From Formosa sp. Hel1_33_131 (lineage in GTDB: Bacteria > Bacteroidota > Bacteroidia > Flavobacteriales > Flavobacteriaceae): a stretch of 32,000 nt of DNA. The position numbers were made by a program, and so were the translations under genes. Position 1 is the first letter of the stretch. Every line of letters begins with the position of its first letter. This document shows positions 1 to 9,536 of the stretch, one piece after another. Location: contig NZ_CP017260.1 of assembly GCF_001735745.1 (NCBI RefSeq), positions 1,740,001 through 1,772,000 on the forward strand. Direction: 5' to 3'. The notes below the pieces were generated by a model. The model did no database searches and had not been told where the DNA came from. It was given only the letters and a program-made list of their open reading frames with translations.

Positions 1-1184
1 TTGTGACGTTCAAGGGATTTTTTAATAAGTTCTAATTCTTTATCGTGTAGAGATAGCGTTTCTTCTTCCTCTTCAATCGCATCAATATAGGTGTATTTTT
101 CCTCATGATCCTTTACGATTTCAACGGTATTTTCTTCTTGTGGCTTTGCAGGAAGGGCTAAAAATTCGGATTCTTTTTTGGGTTCTAAGGTTTCGTCTTT
201 ATTATATATTTTTTCAATTAAACTTTCGTTGTTTTTCTGAACATCACTGTGATTTTCGTTTTTCATCAATTCCATGGTCAGTTTTTTGAGATCGTTCAAA
301 TCACTTTTCATGTCAAATAAAACCTTGTATAAAATTTCTCTTTCGGTACTAAAATCACTCTGATTTTTATCTTTTCCTTGTACTGTTGGAAAATTACCTC
401 CCATATTTGGTAAATACGTTTTCAAGGTCAATATATCAATCATTCTTGAAGACTCTAACACGGAGATTTGCTCAGCAACATTTCTGAGCTGTCTCACATT
501 TCCACTCCATCTATAATTGATGAGGGCTTCAATCGCTTGCTCTTCAAGTCGGATGGTTGGCATTTTATATTTTAAGGCAAAATCACTTGCAAATTTTCTA
601 AACAACAAATGAATGTCGTCTTTTCGATCCCGAAGCGAAGGCAATAAAATTTCAACCGTACTCAGTCTGTAATAGAGGTCTTCACGAAATTTTTCTTTTT
701 CAATGGCCTCAAACATATTGACGTTGGTAGCTGCTACAATCCTAACATCTGTTTTTAAAACAGCACTTGAGCCTACTTTTATAAACTCACCATTTTCTAA
801 AACCCTTAGCAATCGAACTTGCGTCGTTAGGGGAAGTTCCCCGACTTCATCCAAAAAGATAGTGCCTCCATTGGCAACTTCAAAGTAGCCCGAACGGCTT
901 TGAGTGGCTCCCGTAAAAGCGCCTTTTTCATGTCCAAAAAGTTCACTATCAATAGTGCCTTCTGGAATGGCACCACAATTGACGGCAATATATTTTCCGT
1001 GTTTTCGATGCGAAAGTTGATGAATAATTTTAGGAATACTCTCTTTTCCAACACCACTTTCTCCAGTCACCAAAACCGAAATATCTGTTGGTGCTACCTG
1101 CACGGCTTTTTCTATAGCACGATTCAAACCTGTATCATTTCCAATGATACTAAACCGTTGTTTTATAGATTGAACTGTTTCCAT
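1..1184 (-). CDS. sigma-54-dependent AAA+ transcriptional activator (Fis family), no N-terminal receiver domain; C-terminal end runs off the window
   Basis: ATG at 1184. I checked the frame codon by codon from 1184 down to ~660 and read the remainder by eye, and saw no stop before position 1. Walker A GESGVGKE, sigma-54 contact motif GAFTGA, FLDEVGELP, RLLRVLE. The end reads ...KELELIKKSLERHK, the start of the Fis-type HTH. It is absent from the ORF track only because it is open-ended. Confidence 0.9.
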   Translation of the reverse strand, partial: METVQSIKQRFSIIGNDTGLNRAIEKAVQVAPTDISVLVTGESGVGKESIPKIIHQLSHRKHGKYIAVNCGAIPEGTIDSELFGHEKGAFTGATQSRSGYFEVANGGTIFLDEVGELPLTTQVRLLRVLENGEFIKVGSSAVLKTDVRIVAATNVNMFEAIEKEKFREDLYYRLSTVEILLPSLRDRKDDIHLLFRKFASDFALKYKMPTIRLEEQAIEALINYRWSGNVRQLRNVAEQISVLESSRMIDILTLKTYLPNMGGNFPTVQGKDKNQSDFSTEREILYKVLFDMKSDLNDLKKLTMELMKNENHSDVQKNNESLIEKIYNKDETLEPKKESEFLALPAKPQEENTVEIVKDHEEKYTYIDAIEEEEETLSLHDKELELIKKSLERH

Positions 1185-1186
1185 AA

Positions 1187-2632
1187 TTAATTATTTTCAG
1201 ATAAACCAATGGCTTCTCCAATGAGAGTTGCACTTGTGCAACTGTTTATTTTAACGTTTACAAAATTTCCGATTTTATAGTCTTCTTTAGGGAACACGGC
1301 AACTGTGTTTTGTGCACTTCTTCCAGACCATTCTGAAGCAGATTTTTTAGATTCTTTTTCAATCAATACCTCCACCGTTTGGTTTAGAAATTCTTCTGTT
1401 CTGATAAGACCATGAGCGCGTTGTTGCTCCACCACTTCTGCCAGGCGTCTTTTTTTGGTTTCAAAAGGAACGTCGTCTTCGAGTTTTCTTTCGGCCATGG
1501 TTCCTGGGCGTTCGGAATAGGCATACATATACCCAAAACTATACTTAACAACATCCATCAAACTCAAGGTGTCTTGATGGTCTTCTTCCGTTTCGGTTGG
1601 GAATCCACAAATTATATCTTGAGAAATGGTACAATTTGGGAGGATGGCTTTAATGTTGTTGATCAGTTCAATATATTCTTCGCGCGTGTGCTGACGGTTC
1701 ATTTCCTTTAAAATTCGATTGCTTCCACTTTGCACTGGAAGGTGCACGTGATTGCAAATGTTTTGATGTTTTGCCATCGACCGTATTACATCTAAGGACA
1801 TGTCTTGCGGGTTGGAGGTCGAAAATCGAATCCGCATTTTTGGATACGCTTTTGCGCACAGGTCTAAGAGCACTGCAAAGTCAACTGCCGTGGCTTTTTG
1901 CAGGTCCGTTGCCTTCGTAAAATCTTTTTTAAGTCCACCGCCATACCATAAATAGCTATCTACATTTTGCCCTAAAAGGGTCACTTCTTTAAAACCTTTG
2001 TTCCATAAATCACTAATTTCTTCTAGGATGCTTTGAGGGTCTCTACTGCGTTCGCGCCCTCTTGTAAATGGCACTACACAAAACGTACACATATTATCGC
2101 AGCCTCTTGTGATGGATACAAAAGCAGTAACGCCGTTTGTGTTCAATCTTACAGGAGAAATATCGCCATAGGTTTCATCTTTAGAAAGAATTACATTCAC
2201 GGCACTTCGACCTTCATTCACTTCAGAAATCAGGTTGGGAAGGTCTTTATAAGCATCAGGTCCTACAACAAGATCCACAATTTTTTCTTCTTCTAAAAAT
2301 TTACTTTTAAGGCGTTCCGCCATACAGCCCAAAACACCTACTTTCATTTTTGGATTGATGCGTTTGACGGCATTGTATTTTTCAAGTCGTTTGCGGACGG
2401 TTTGCTCTGCTTTGTCACGAATAGAGCAAGTATTCACCAATACCAGATCGGCTTCTTCTAGAACTTGGGTGGTGTTATAGCCTTCTTTTGAAAGGATAGA
2501 TGCAACAATTTCACTGTCGCTAAAATTCATAGCACAGCCATAACTTTCTATGAACAGCTTTTTGGTATTTTCTAGCTTAGGTTCAATGGCTAATTTTGAG
2601 CCCTGAGCCGTTTCATCAATTGTTTTCTCCAT
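1187..2632 (-). CDS. miaB: tRNA (i6A37) methylthiotransferase MiaB, radical SAM
   Basis: N-terminal MTTase cluster (YGCAMNFSDSE), radical-SAM CxxxCxxC (GCDNMCTFCVVP) and a C-terminal TRAM-like region. The ORF is open to 2671, but MEKTIDE at 2632 fits the usual MiaB N-terminus. Confidence 0.93.
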   Translation of the reverse strand: MEKTIDETAQGSKLAIEPKLENTKKLFIESYGCAMNFSDSEIVASILSKEGYNTTQVLEEADLVLVNTCSIRDKAEQTVRKRLEKYNAVKRINPKMKVGVLGCMAERLKSKFLEEEKIVDLVVGPDAYKDLPNLISEVNEGRSAVNVILSKDETYGDISPVRLNTNGVTAFVSITRGCDNMCTFCVVPFTRGRERSRDPQSILEEISDLWNKGFKEVTLLGQNVDSYLWYGGGLKKDFTKATDLQKATAVDFAVLLDLCAKAYPKMRIRFSTSNPQDMSLDVIRSMAKHQNICNHVHLPVQSGSNRILKEMNRQHTREEYIELINNIKAILPNCTISQDIICGFPTETEEDHQDTLSLMDVVKYSFGYMYAYSERPGTMAERKLEDDVPFETKKRRLAEVVEQQRAHGLIRTEEFLNQTVEVLIEKESKKSASEWSGRSAQNTVAVFPKEDYKIGNFVNVKINSCTSATLIGEAIGLSENN

Positions 2633-2784
2633 AATAGTTTCAATATCCAATGAGGGACAATAAGCATGCAAAGATACAATAATTTTGTTTTTTATGACAA
2701 AGTGTCATGATTTTCATTTTTTATTTTGATTTCACAATACAATCCTCTTTATTTGGGGTTCACTAGATTTCAAAATTTTATAGT

Positions 2785-3561
2785 ATGTATGCAGTTCAAA
2801 CGTTATTAAGCAAAATTCAAGCCTCTAAATCTATAGATTTTGGAGATTTATTCAACGAGTCGCTAGGCGTGTTCAAAAAAGTATGGGTTCAAGGCTTGTT
2901 GCTACAATTGTTTTCCATCCTCATTATGCTCCCTTTTATAATAAGTCTCTATTTACCGTATTTCACACTTGCACTTGATGGTGGATTAAATCAAACCTTG
3001 GGCTCCACGCAGTTGAGCAAGGCTCTTATAGAAGAGTATGGGGCTTCTTTGATATGGATTTATTTGTTGATGTTTATAGTGAGTATCGTATCCTCTCTTT
3101 TATATTTAGGATTTTATAGAATTGTAAAAGAAATGGATCATGGAAATTCCTTTGTTATGTCTGATTTCTTCTATTTTTTTAAGAGTCCAGTTTTAGGGAA
3201 AGCGATCGTCTTGCTATTGGCCTATACAGGGATCGCCATTTTAGCAGCCTTGCTTTGCTTCTTTCCTTTGATCTACGCCATGATTCCTTTGATGTTTATG
3301 CTTCCTGTATTTGCATACAACTCCCATTTGTCAACCTCTGAAATTATTAAGGTCGCATTTGCACTTGGAAACAAAAAATGGGGCATTACCTTTTTAACTC
3401 TCATGTTAAATATGATTTTATTCTATGTCGTTTCTTTAGTTACTTGTGGCCTAGGAGCCTTGTTTATTAGCTGTTTTTTATACCTTCCGCAATATATTAT
3501 TTATAAAAAAGTAATAGGATTTGACAGCCAGAAATCAACAACTCAATCAATTGATTTATAA
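2785..3561 (+). CDS. multi-pass inner-membrane protein, function unknown
   Basis: 258-aa ORF with about 5-6 long hydrophobic segments. A hairpin plus T-run follows it. Confidence 0.7.
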   Translation: MYAVQTLLSKIQASKSIDFGDLFNESLGVFKKVWVQGLLLQLFSILIMLPFIISLYLPYFTLALDGGLNQTLGSTQLSKALIEEYGASLIWIYLLMFIVSIVSSLLYLGFYRIVKEMDHGNSFVMSDFFYFFKSPVLGKAIVLLLAYTGIAILAALLCFFPLIYAMIPLMFMLPVFAYNSHLSTSEIIKVAFALGNKKWGITFLTLMLNMILFYVVSLVTCGLGALFISCFLYLPQYIIYKKVIGFDSQKSTTQSIDL

Positions 3562-3593
3562 GTTTTTAAATCAAACCGAATAAGGATTAAAAA

Positions 3594-3618
3594 CGACTGC
3601 ATTTTGCAGTTGTTTTTT
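3594..3618 (+). terminator. putative intrinsic terminator
   Basis: cgactgc-atttt-gcagttg (one mismatch) followed by tttttt. Confidence 0.45.
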
Positions 3619-3688
3619 GCTTTGTTAAAAAAATAAAAGAAAGAAATAAAAAAAATCCTCTACATTTGTACCTCTCTAAAAATAAGAT

Positions 3689-6166
3689 ATGGCTAAGAAT
3701 TTAGTGATTGTTGAGTCCCCTGCTAAGGCAAAAACTATAGAAAAATTTCTAGGTAAAGACTTTAAAGTCGAGTCTAGTTTTGGGCACATTGCGGATTTAC
3801 CTTCCAAAGAATTGGGAGTAGATGTTGAGGGTGATTTTAAACCCAAATATGAAGTTTCAAGCGACAAAAAAGCAGTTGTTAGCAAACTAAAAGCGGCCGC
3901 TAAAAAGGCAGAAATAGTTTGGTTGGCAAGTGATGAAGATAGAGAAGGAGAGGCAATTGCATGGCATTTAGCGGAAACTTTAAAATTAGACAAAGCTAAA
4001 ACCAAACGTATTGTTTTTCATGAGATTACAAAATCAGCGATTGAGAAAGCAGTAAAAAATCCTCGTGGGATTGATTATAACTTAGTCGATGCCCAACAAG
4101 CGCGACGTGTTTTGGATCGAATTGTAGGATACGAATTGTCTCCAGTCTTGTGGCGAAAAGTAAAGGGAGGCCTTTCGGCGGGACGTGTACAATCGGTTTC
4201 GGTTCGATTGATTGTAGAGCGTGAACGCGAAATACAAAAATTCCAAACGGAAGCCACTTTTAGAATTGATGCTGAATTTACAACTGCAAAAGGGCAGGTG
4301 TTTAAAGCAAAGCTTCCAAAGGCATTTAACAGCGAAGCTGACGCAAAAGCGTTTTTAGATAAAAATAGCGATGCTGCTTTCTCAGTTTCAAGTCTTGAGA
4401 AAAAGCCCGCAAAGAAATCACCAGCCCCCCCATTTACAACCTCTACATTACAACAAGAGGCGGCTCGAAAATTATATTTTTCAGTAAGCAAAACAATGAA
4501 TATGGCCCAGCGTCTTTATGAAGCGGGTCTAATTACATACATGAGAACCGACAGTGTAAATCTTTCACAAGAAGCACGAAATACAGCGGCTCAAGAAATT
4601 TCGTCTTCTTACGGAGATACGTATAGCAAGCCTCGAAATTTTAAAGGAAAATCAAAAGGAGCACAAGAAGCGCATGAGGCGATTCGTCCTACCAATTTTT
4701 CAACCCATTCGGTAAATATCGAAAGAGATCAAGCACGACTATACGATCTTATTTGGAAACGCGCCATCGCCTCTCAAATGAGCGATGCACAATTGGAACG
4801 TACCAACGTCAAAATAAACACACCAAACCATAACGAAACATTTACGGCTAACGGGGAGGTTATTAAATTTGATGGGTTTTTAAAAGTATATCTTGAAGGA
4901 ACGGATGAAGAGAATTTAGAGCAAGAAGGCATGTTGCCAGCCATGACGCTGAAAGAGGCCTTAGGAAACAACTACATTACGGCGACCGAACGTTTTTCGA
5001 GACCGCCATACAGATATACAGAAGCCTCTTTAGTAAAGAAATTAGAAGAATTAGGTATTGGAAGACCTTCTACCTATGCGCCTACAATTTCAACCATTCA
5101 AAACAGAAAATATGTTGAGAAAGGTGCTGTTGATGGAGCAGAACGAAGCTATTCATTATGGACCTTGTCTGAGGGAGAATTGACAGGAAAAAAATTGACT
5201 GAAAAGTTTGGTTCTGATAAAGGGAAATTAGTTCCTACAGATATCGGAATGATTGTCACTGATTTTTTAGTGAATCATTTTGAAGCCATTTTAGATTATA
5301 ATTTCACGGCCAAAGTTGAAGCGGATTTTGATTTAATCGCCAGTGGAAAAGAAGATTGGACTAAAATGATGAAGTCATTTTATAAAGAGTTCCATCCAAA
5401 AGTTGAAGACGTCAGTCAAAATGCAGAACGTGAATCCGGAGAACGAATTTTAGGTGTCGATCCAAAATCGGGACGTCAATTAAGCGTGCGTTTAGGGAAA
5501 TTTGGACCGATAGTTCAGATAGGAAAAGCCGATGAAGAAGAAAAACAAGTCTTTGCAAGTGTGCCTCCTAATTTTCAATTAGCAGCCATTACTTTTGACG
5601 AAGCGTTGGAATTATTTAAACTTCCAAAAGATTTAGGTACTTATAAAGGAGAAGACCTTATTGTAAATAACGGTCGTTTTGGACCTTATGTGAAATTTGG
5701 TGATAAATTTATATCCCTTCCTAAAGGCGCAGATCCAATGCGTGTTGAAATGGAAGATGCCATTGAATTAATCAAAGAAAAAGAAGCTGCAGATGCTCCA
5801 ATATACGAGTACGATGGCTTGCCAGTTCAGAAAGGTAAAGGGCGATTTGGACCGTTTATCAAATGGAACAATATGTTTATTAATGTCAATAAAAAATACG
5901 ACTGGGACGATCTTTCTAACGATGATATTGAGACTTTAATTAAGGATAAAATCCAAAAGGAAATTGACAAACTGATTCATGATTGGGAAGAAGATGGTAT
6001 TCGCGTTGAAAAAGCACGATGGGGACGACACAACATCATTCAGGGAAAAACCAAGATTGAGCTTCCAAAAACAGTGGATGCTACAAAACTAACTTTTGAA
6101 GAAGTGAAAGGGATTATTGCCAAAAATGCTCCCAAGAAAAAAACACGTGCTAAAAAGAAAAAGTAA
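3689..6166 (+). CDS. topA: DNA topoisomerase I (type IA)
   Basis: Toprim N-terminus (LVIVESPAKAKTIEKFLG), DEDREGEAI, the active-site region YMRTDS, and a lysine-rich C-terminal tail. Confidence 0.97.
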   Translation: MAKNLVIVESPAKAKTIEKFLGKDFKVESSFGHIADLPSKELGVDVEGDFKPKYEVSSDKKAVVSKLKAAAKKAEIVWLASDEDREGEAIAWHLAETLKLDKAKTKRIVFHEITKSAIEKAVKNPRGIDYNLVDAQQARRVLDRIVGYELSPVLWRKVKGGLSAGRVQSVSVRLIVEREREIQKFQTEATFRIDAEFTTAKGQVFKAKLPKAFNSEADAKAFLDKNSDAAFSVSSLEKKPAKKSPAPPFTTSTLQQEAARKLYFSVSKTMNMAQRLYEAGLITYMRTDSVNLSQEARNTAAQEISSSYGDTYSKPRNFKGKSKGAQEAHEAIRPTNFSTHSVNIERDQARLYDLIWKRAIASQMSDAQLERTNVKINTPNHNETFTANGEVIKFDGFLKVYLEGTDEENLEQEGMLPAMTLKEALGNNYITATERFSRPPYRYTEASLVKKLEELGIGRPSTYAPTISTIQNRKYVEKGAVDGAERSYSLWTLSEGELTGKKLTEKFGSDKGKLVPTDIGMIVTDFLVNHFEAILDYNFTAKVEADFDLIASGKEDWTKMMKSFYKEFHPKVEDVSQNAERESGERILGVDPKSGRQLSVRLGKFGPIVQIGKADEEEKQVFASVPPNFQLAAITFDEALELFKLPKDLGTYKGEDLIVNNGRFGPYVKFGDKFISLPKGADPMRVEMEDAIELIKEKEAADAPIYEYDGLPVQKGKGRFGPFIKWNNMFINVNKKYDWDDLSNDDIETLIKDKIQKEIDKLIHDWEEDGIRVEKARWGRHNIIQGKTKIELPKTVDATKLTFEEVKGIIAKNAPKKKTRAKKKK

Positions 6167-7323
6167 TGGATTATAGTTTCCTTTCTCCTGTTCAAGATCA
6201 GCTTTTAGACGAATTAGAGTTACTACATGACCAGACTATAGGAAAAAAACTAAGGATTCATAGCAGGACACTAGAGCCAAGTTTAGAAGGTGTAAAAATG
6301 GCTATTGTAGGGGTTTTGGAGTCCCGAAATTCGGTTGACTATATAGGTGAAGAATTCCAATTTACTGAAATTAGAAAAGCATTTTACAAGCTGTTTCCAG
6401 GAAATTGGTCGCATGACATTGCCGATTTGGGCGATATCCAAAGAGGTGAAACCGTTGAAGACTCCTATTCTGCACTGATTCAAGTTGTGTCTAGTTTAAT
6501 AAAAGCGAAGATTATTCCGATTATTATTGGCGGAAGTCAAGATCTAACCTATGCCAATTACCGTGCATACGACAAAATCAGCTCGATGATCAATATTGTG
6601 AATGTTGATAAAAGCTTTGATTTAGGGGATTCTAGCAAGCCGATCAATAATGGCAGTTATCTAGGGAAAATCATTTTAGAACAGCCTTATAATCTATTTA
6701 ATTATACCGCATTAGGGTTTCAAACGTATTTTAATTCTCAAGAAGAGATTGATTTAATGGAGAAACTATACTTCGAATCGTACCGATTGGGAGCTATTAC
6801 GCACGCAATTAGTGTAGTAGAACCGGTTCTTAGAGATGCTGATATTGTCACCTTGGATATTAACTCTGTTAAGTCTTCTGAAGTAAGTCTTAAACAAAAA
6901 TATTCACCAAATGGGTTTAATGGCCGCGAAATTTGTGCCATTTCAAGGTATGCGGGAATTAGTAATAAAGTCACTTCTTTTGGGATTTACGAGTACAATC
7001 CTTCACAAAATGACGAAGCAACGGCGATGCTTGTTGCTCAGATCATGTGGTACTTTATAGAAGGAGTGAATTGCAGAATTAAAGATGATGACTTCAGTGA
7101 TTCAAATAGTTACCTAAAATTCACGGTTCTAGTGGAGTCAGAAGAACTGGTGTTCTTTAAGAGTAAAAAAACAGGAAGATGGTGGATTGAAATACCTTTT
7201 TTAGAGTATTCAAATACTAAATTAAAACAACATCCGTTATTAGCCTGTACACATGAGGATTATATCAGTGCTACAAAGGGATTGATTCCTGAGCGTTGGT
7301 ATAAGGCTTACAAAAAAAATTAG
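6166..7323 (+). CDS. arginase/formimidoylglutamase-family protein
   Basis: 385-aa ORF whose start overlaps the topA stop by 1 nt. IGGSQDLTY and DINSV segments resemble ureohydrolase-fold motifs. Assignment is from memory of the family. Confidence 0.65.
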   Translation: MDYSFLSPVQDQLLDELELLHDQTIGKKLRIHSRTLEPSLEGVKMAIVGVLESRNSVDYIGEEFQFTEIRKAFYKLFPGNWSHDIADLGDIQRGETVEDSYSALIQVVSSLIKAKIIPIIIGGSQDLTYANYRAYDKISSMINIVNVDKSFDLGDSSKPINNGSYLGKIILEQPYNLFNYTALGFQTYFNSQEEIDLMEKLYFESYRLGAITHAISVVEPVLRDADIVTLDINSVKSSEVSLKQKYSPNGFNGREICAISRYAGISNKVTSFGIYEYNPSQNDEATAMLVAQIMWYFIEGVNCRIKDDDFSDSNSYLKFTVLVESEELVFFKSKKTGRWWIEIPFLEYSNTKLKQHPLLACTHEDYISATKGLIPERWYKAYKKN

Positions 7324-7455
7324 ATTATAAAGGTGTAAAATTGTTTATATATTTTGAATTAGTATTCAACTAAAAAAAAGTTGTTTTTTAAGAAATATAT
7401 GGATAAGTTTACAGCCTGAAGTTTTTAGGAGTTTATTCCTTGAATTTATATACTT

Positions 7456-8805
7456 ATGAAAAAAATTGTATTAATAACATTAGTCTTCGCTTTTATCACT
7501 AGTTGTGGATCAAAAGACAAAGGAGAATTGGTTGGCGTAAAAGGAAAAAAATGGCATCCAGAGAAGCCTTACGGAATGAGTTTGATACCTGGAGGTGCTT
7601 TTGTAATGGGAAAATCAGATGACGATCTCACTGGAATTCAAGATGCCCCTACCAAAACAGTTTCTGTACGCTCCTTTTATATGGACGAAACTGAAATCAC
7701 CAACAGTGAGTACCGACAGTTTGTGTTTTGGGTACGAGATTCAATTTTAAGATTCAATCTTGCTGAAATGGCTGACTTAGAAGGTTTAACTTCAGAAGAC
7801 GATGAAGGGATTGGTGAGTTTGCATACCTATCTTCTGAGGAGGAAGATATGACACCCTACGAAAAATACATGCTCGATACTTACGGAGATGAACAACGAA
7901 AAATCAATAATGATGTAGATCTTATTTTTGAAACCGAAGACTATCCAGATGAGTTATATTCTGAAGTGATGGATAATATGTACCTACCATTAGAGGAATC
8001 GTACAATGGACAACGTACTTGGGATGTGAGCCAATTTGAGTTTGAATACTCTTACATGGACATTCAAAGAGCCGCGAATAACAGAAATCTTTCGCGTTCC
8101 GATGTTATTAGAAAAGAAGCAGTCAAAATTTACCCAGACACTACCGTTTGGATTAGAGATTTTGAGTATTCTTATAATGAACCAATGCACAACGACTATT
8201 TTTGGCACCAAGCTTATGGAGACTATCCAGTAGTTGGAATTAGCTGGGAACAAGCCAAAGCATTTTGTCAATGGCGTACTTTAATTAAAAACACTTACAA
8301 AAAAGATAAAGGACAACAATTTGTGAATTCATTCCGATTGCCGTCTGAAGCTGAGTGGGAATATGCTGCGCGTGGTGGCCTTCAAGGAGGTACGTTCCCA
8401 TGGGGAGGTCCTTATGCGAAAAATGACCGTGGTTGTTTTATGGCAAACTTCAAACCTTTAAGAGGAAATTATGCAGCCGATCAAGCGCTATATACTGTAG
8501 AGGCGGATTCTTATGAGCCAAATGATTATAACTTATATAACATGGCTGGTAATGTCGCTGAATGGACGATGTCATCCTACGACTCTTCGTCTTACGAGTT
8601 TTCATCTACGATCAATCCAAATGTAAACGACGATACTTTAAATCGTAAAGTAGTTCGTGGAGGTTCATGGAAAGATGTCGCTTATTACTTACAAGTAAGC
8701 TCAAGAGATTACGAAGTAGATACAATTCAACGAAGTTACATAGGTTTTAGAACCGTTCAGGATTATATGGGTACCGACGTAACAGCAAATCAAGCAACTA
8801 ATTAA
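7456..8805 (+). CDS. gldK: gliding motility / T9SS lipoprotein GldK (SUMF1/FGE-like domain)
   Basis: Lipoprotein signal ...FITSCGS, an FGE-sulfatase-like core (RLPSEAEWEYAARGG, VVRGGSW), and position directly upstream of gldL/M/N. Confidence 0.9.
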   Translation: MKKIVLITLVFAFITSCGSKDKGELVGVKGKKWHPEKPYGMSLIPGGAFVMGKSDDDLTGIQDAPTKTVSVRSFYMDETEITNSEYRQFVFWVRDSILRFNLAEMADLEGLTSEDDEGIGEFAYLSSEEEDMTPYEKYMLDTYGDEQRKINNDVDLIFETEDYPDELYSEVMDNMYLPLEESYNGQRTWDVSQFEFEYSYMDIQRAANNRNLSRSDVIRKEAVKIYPDTTVWIRDFEYSYNEPMHNDYFWHQAYGDYPVVGISWEQAKAFCQWRTLIKNTYKKDKGQQFVNSFRLPSEAEWEYAARGGLQGGTFPWGGPYAKNDRGCFMANFKPLRGNYAADQALYTVEADSYEPNDYNLYNMAGNVAEWTMSSYDSSSYEFSSTINPNVNDDTLNRKVVRGGSWKDVAYYLQVSSRDYEVDTIQRSYIGFRTVQDYMGTDVTANQATN

Positions 8806-8853
8806 TATTAAATAACCAATTAACATCAAATAATAAATTTAAAAACATCAATT

Positions 8854-9483
8854 ATGGCATTTAAAATAAACAAGAAAGTAATGAATATGGCCTACGGCCT
8901 TGGAGCAGCAGTAGTAATTATTGGTGCATTAATGAAAATTATTCACAAAGATTTAGGTCCATTAACAGGAAGTATGTTACTGACAATCGGTCTTGTAACG
9001 GAAGCCTTAATTTTTGCACTCTCTGCATTTGATGCTCCAGACGAAGAATTAGACTGGACAAAAGCCTACCCAGAATTAGCGGGTGGAAAAGCGAAAGCTA
9101 AAGGAGCAAAAGAAGAAACTCCAGAAGGTGTGCTTACTAAGAAATTAGACAGCTTATTAAAAGAAGCCAAAATTGATGGTGCCTTAGTCACAAGCTTAGG
9201 AGACAGTATCAGAAACCTAAATTCTACCGCTTCAGGTATGGGCGGGTCTATGGGAGCTTCTCAGAAATACAGTGAAGAAATGGCTAAAGCAGCCGCTCAA
9301 ATGGAATCTATCAACAGTCTTTACAAAGCACAACTAGAAAGTGCAGGTCGTCAGGCTGATATCAACCAAGAGTCTATCGAGAACGCAACGAAACTCAAAG
9401 AACAAATGGAATCTTTAGCATCTAACTTATCTTCATTAAATGGAGTCTATGGTGGAATGTTATCTGCAATGAACAAAAATTAA
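8854..9483 (+). CDS. gldL: gliding motility / T9SS motor protein GldL
   Basis: N-terminus KKVMNMAYGLGAAVVIIGALMKI with two TM helices, a coiled C-terminal part, and synteny. Confidence 0.9.
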   Translation: MAFKINKKVMNMAYGLGAAVVIIGALMKIIHKDLGPLTGSMLLTIGLVTEALIFALSAFDAPDEELDWTKAYPELAGGKAKAKGAKEETPEGVLTKKLDSLLKEAKIDGALVTSLGDSIRNLNSTASGMGGSMGASQKYSEEMAKAAAQMESINSLYKAQLESAGRQADINQESIENATKLKEQMESLASNLSSLNGVYGGMLSAMNKN

Positions 9484-9536
9484 TTAGTTTTTTTAACAAC
9501 TAAAATTTATTTAACAATTTAAAAAACTAATTAACA

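Noticed and set aside
703-1190. Three short ORFs from the track (703-888 +, 827-1057 -, 900-1190 +).
   Set aside because: They are out-of-frame or antisense shadows of the open-ended sigma-54 activator gene (1-1184, minus strand), whose translation carries unmistakable AAA+ motifs.
3676-4971. Antisense ORFs inside topA (3676-4005, 4075-4491, 4774-4971).
   Set aside because: They overlap a strongly supported gene completely and have low-complexity Ala/Ser/Leu-rich translations typical of antisense frames.
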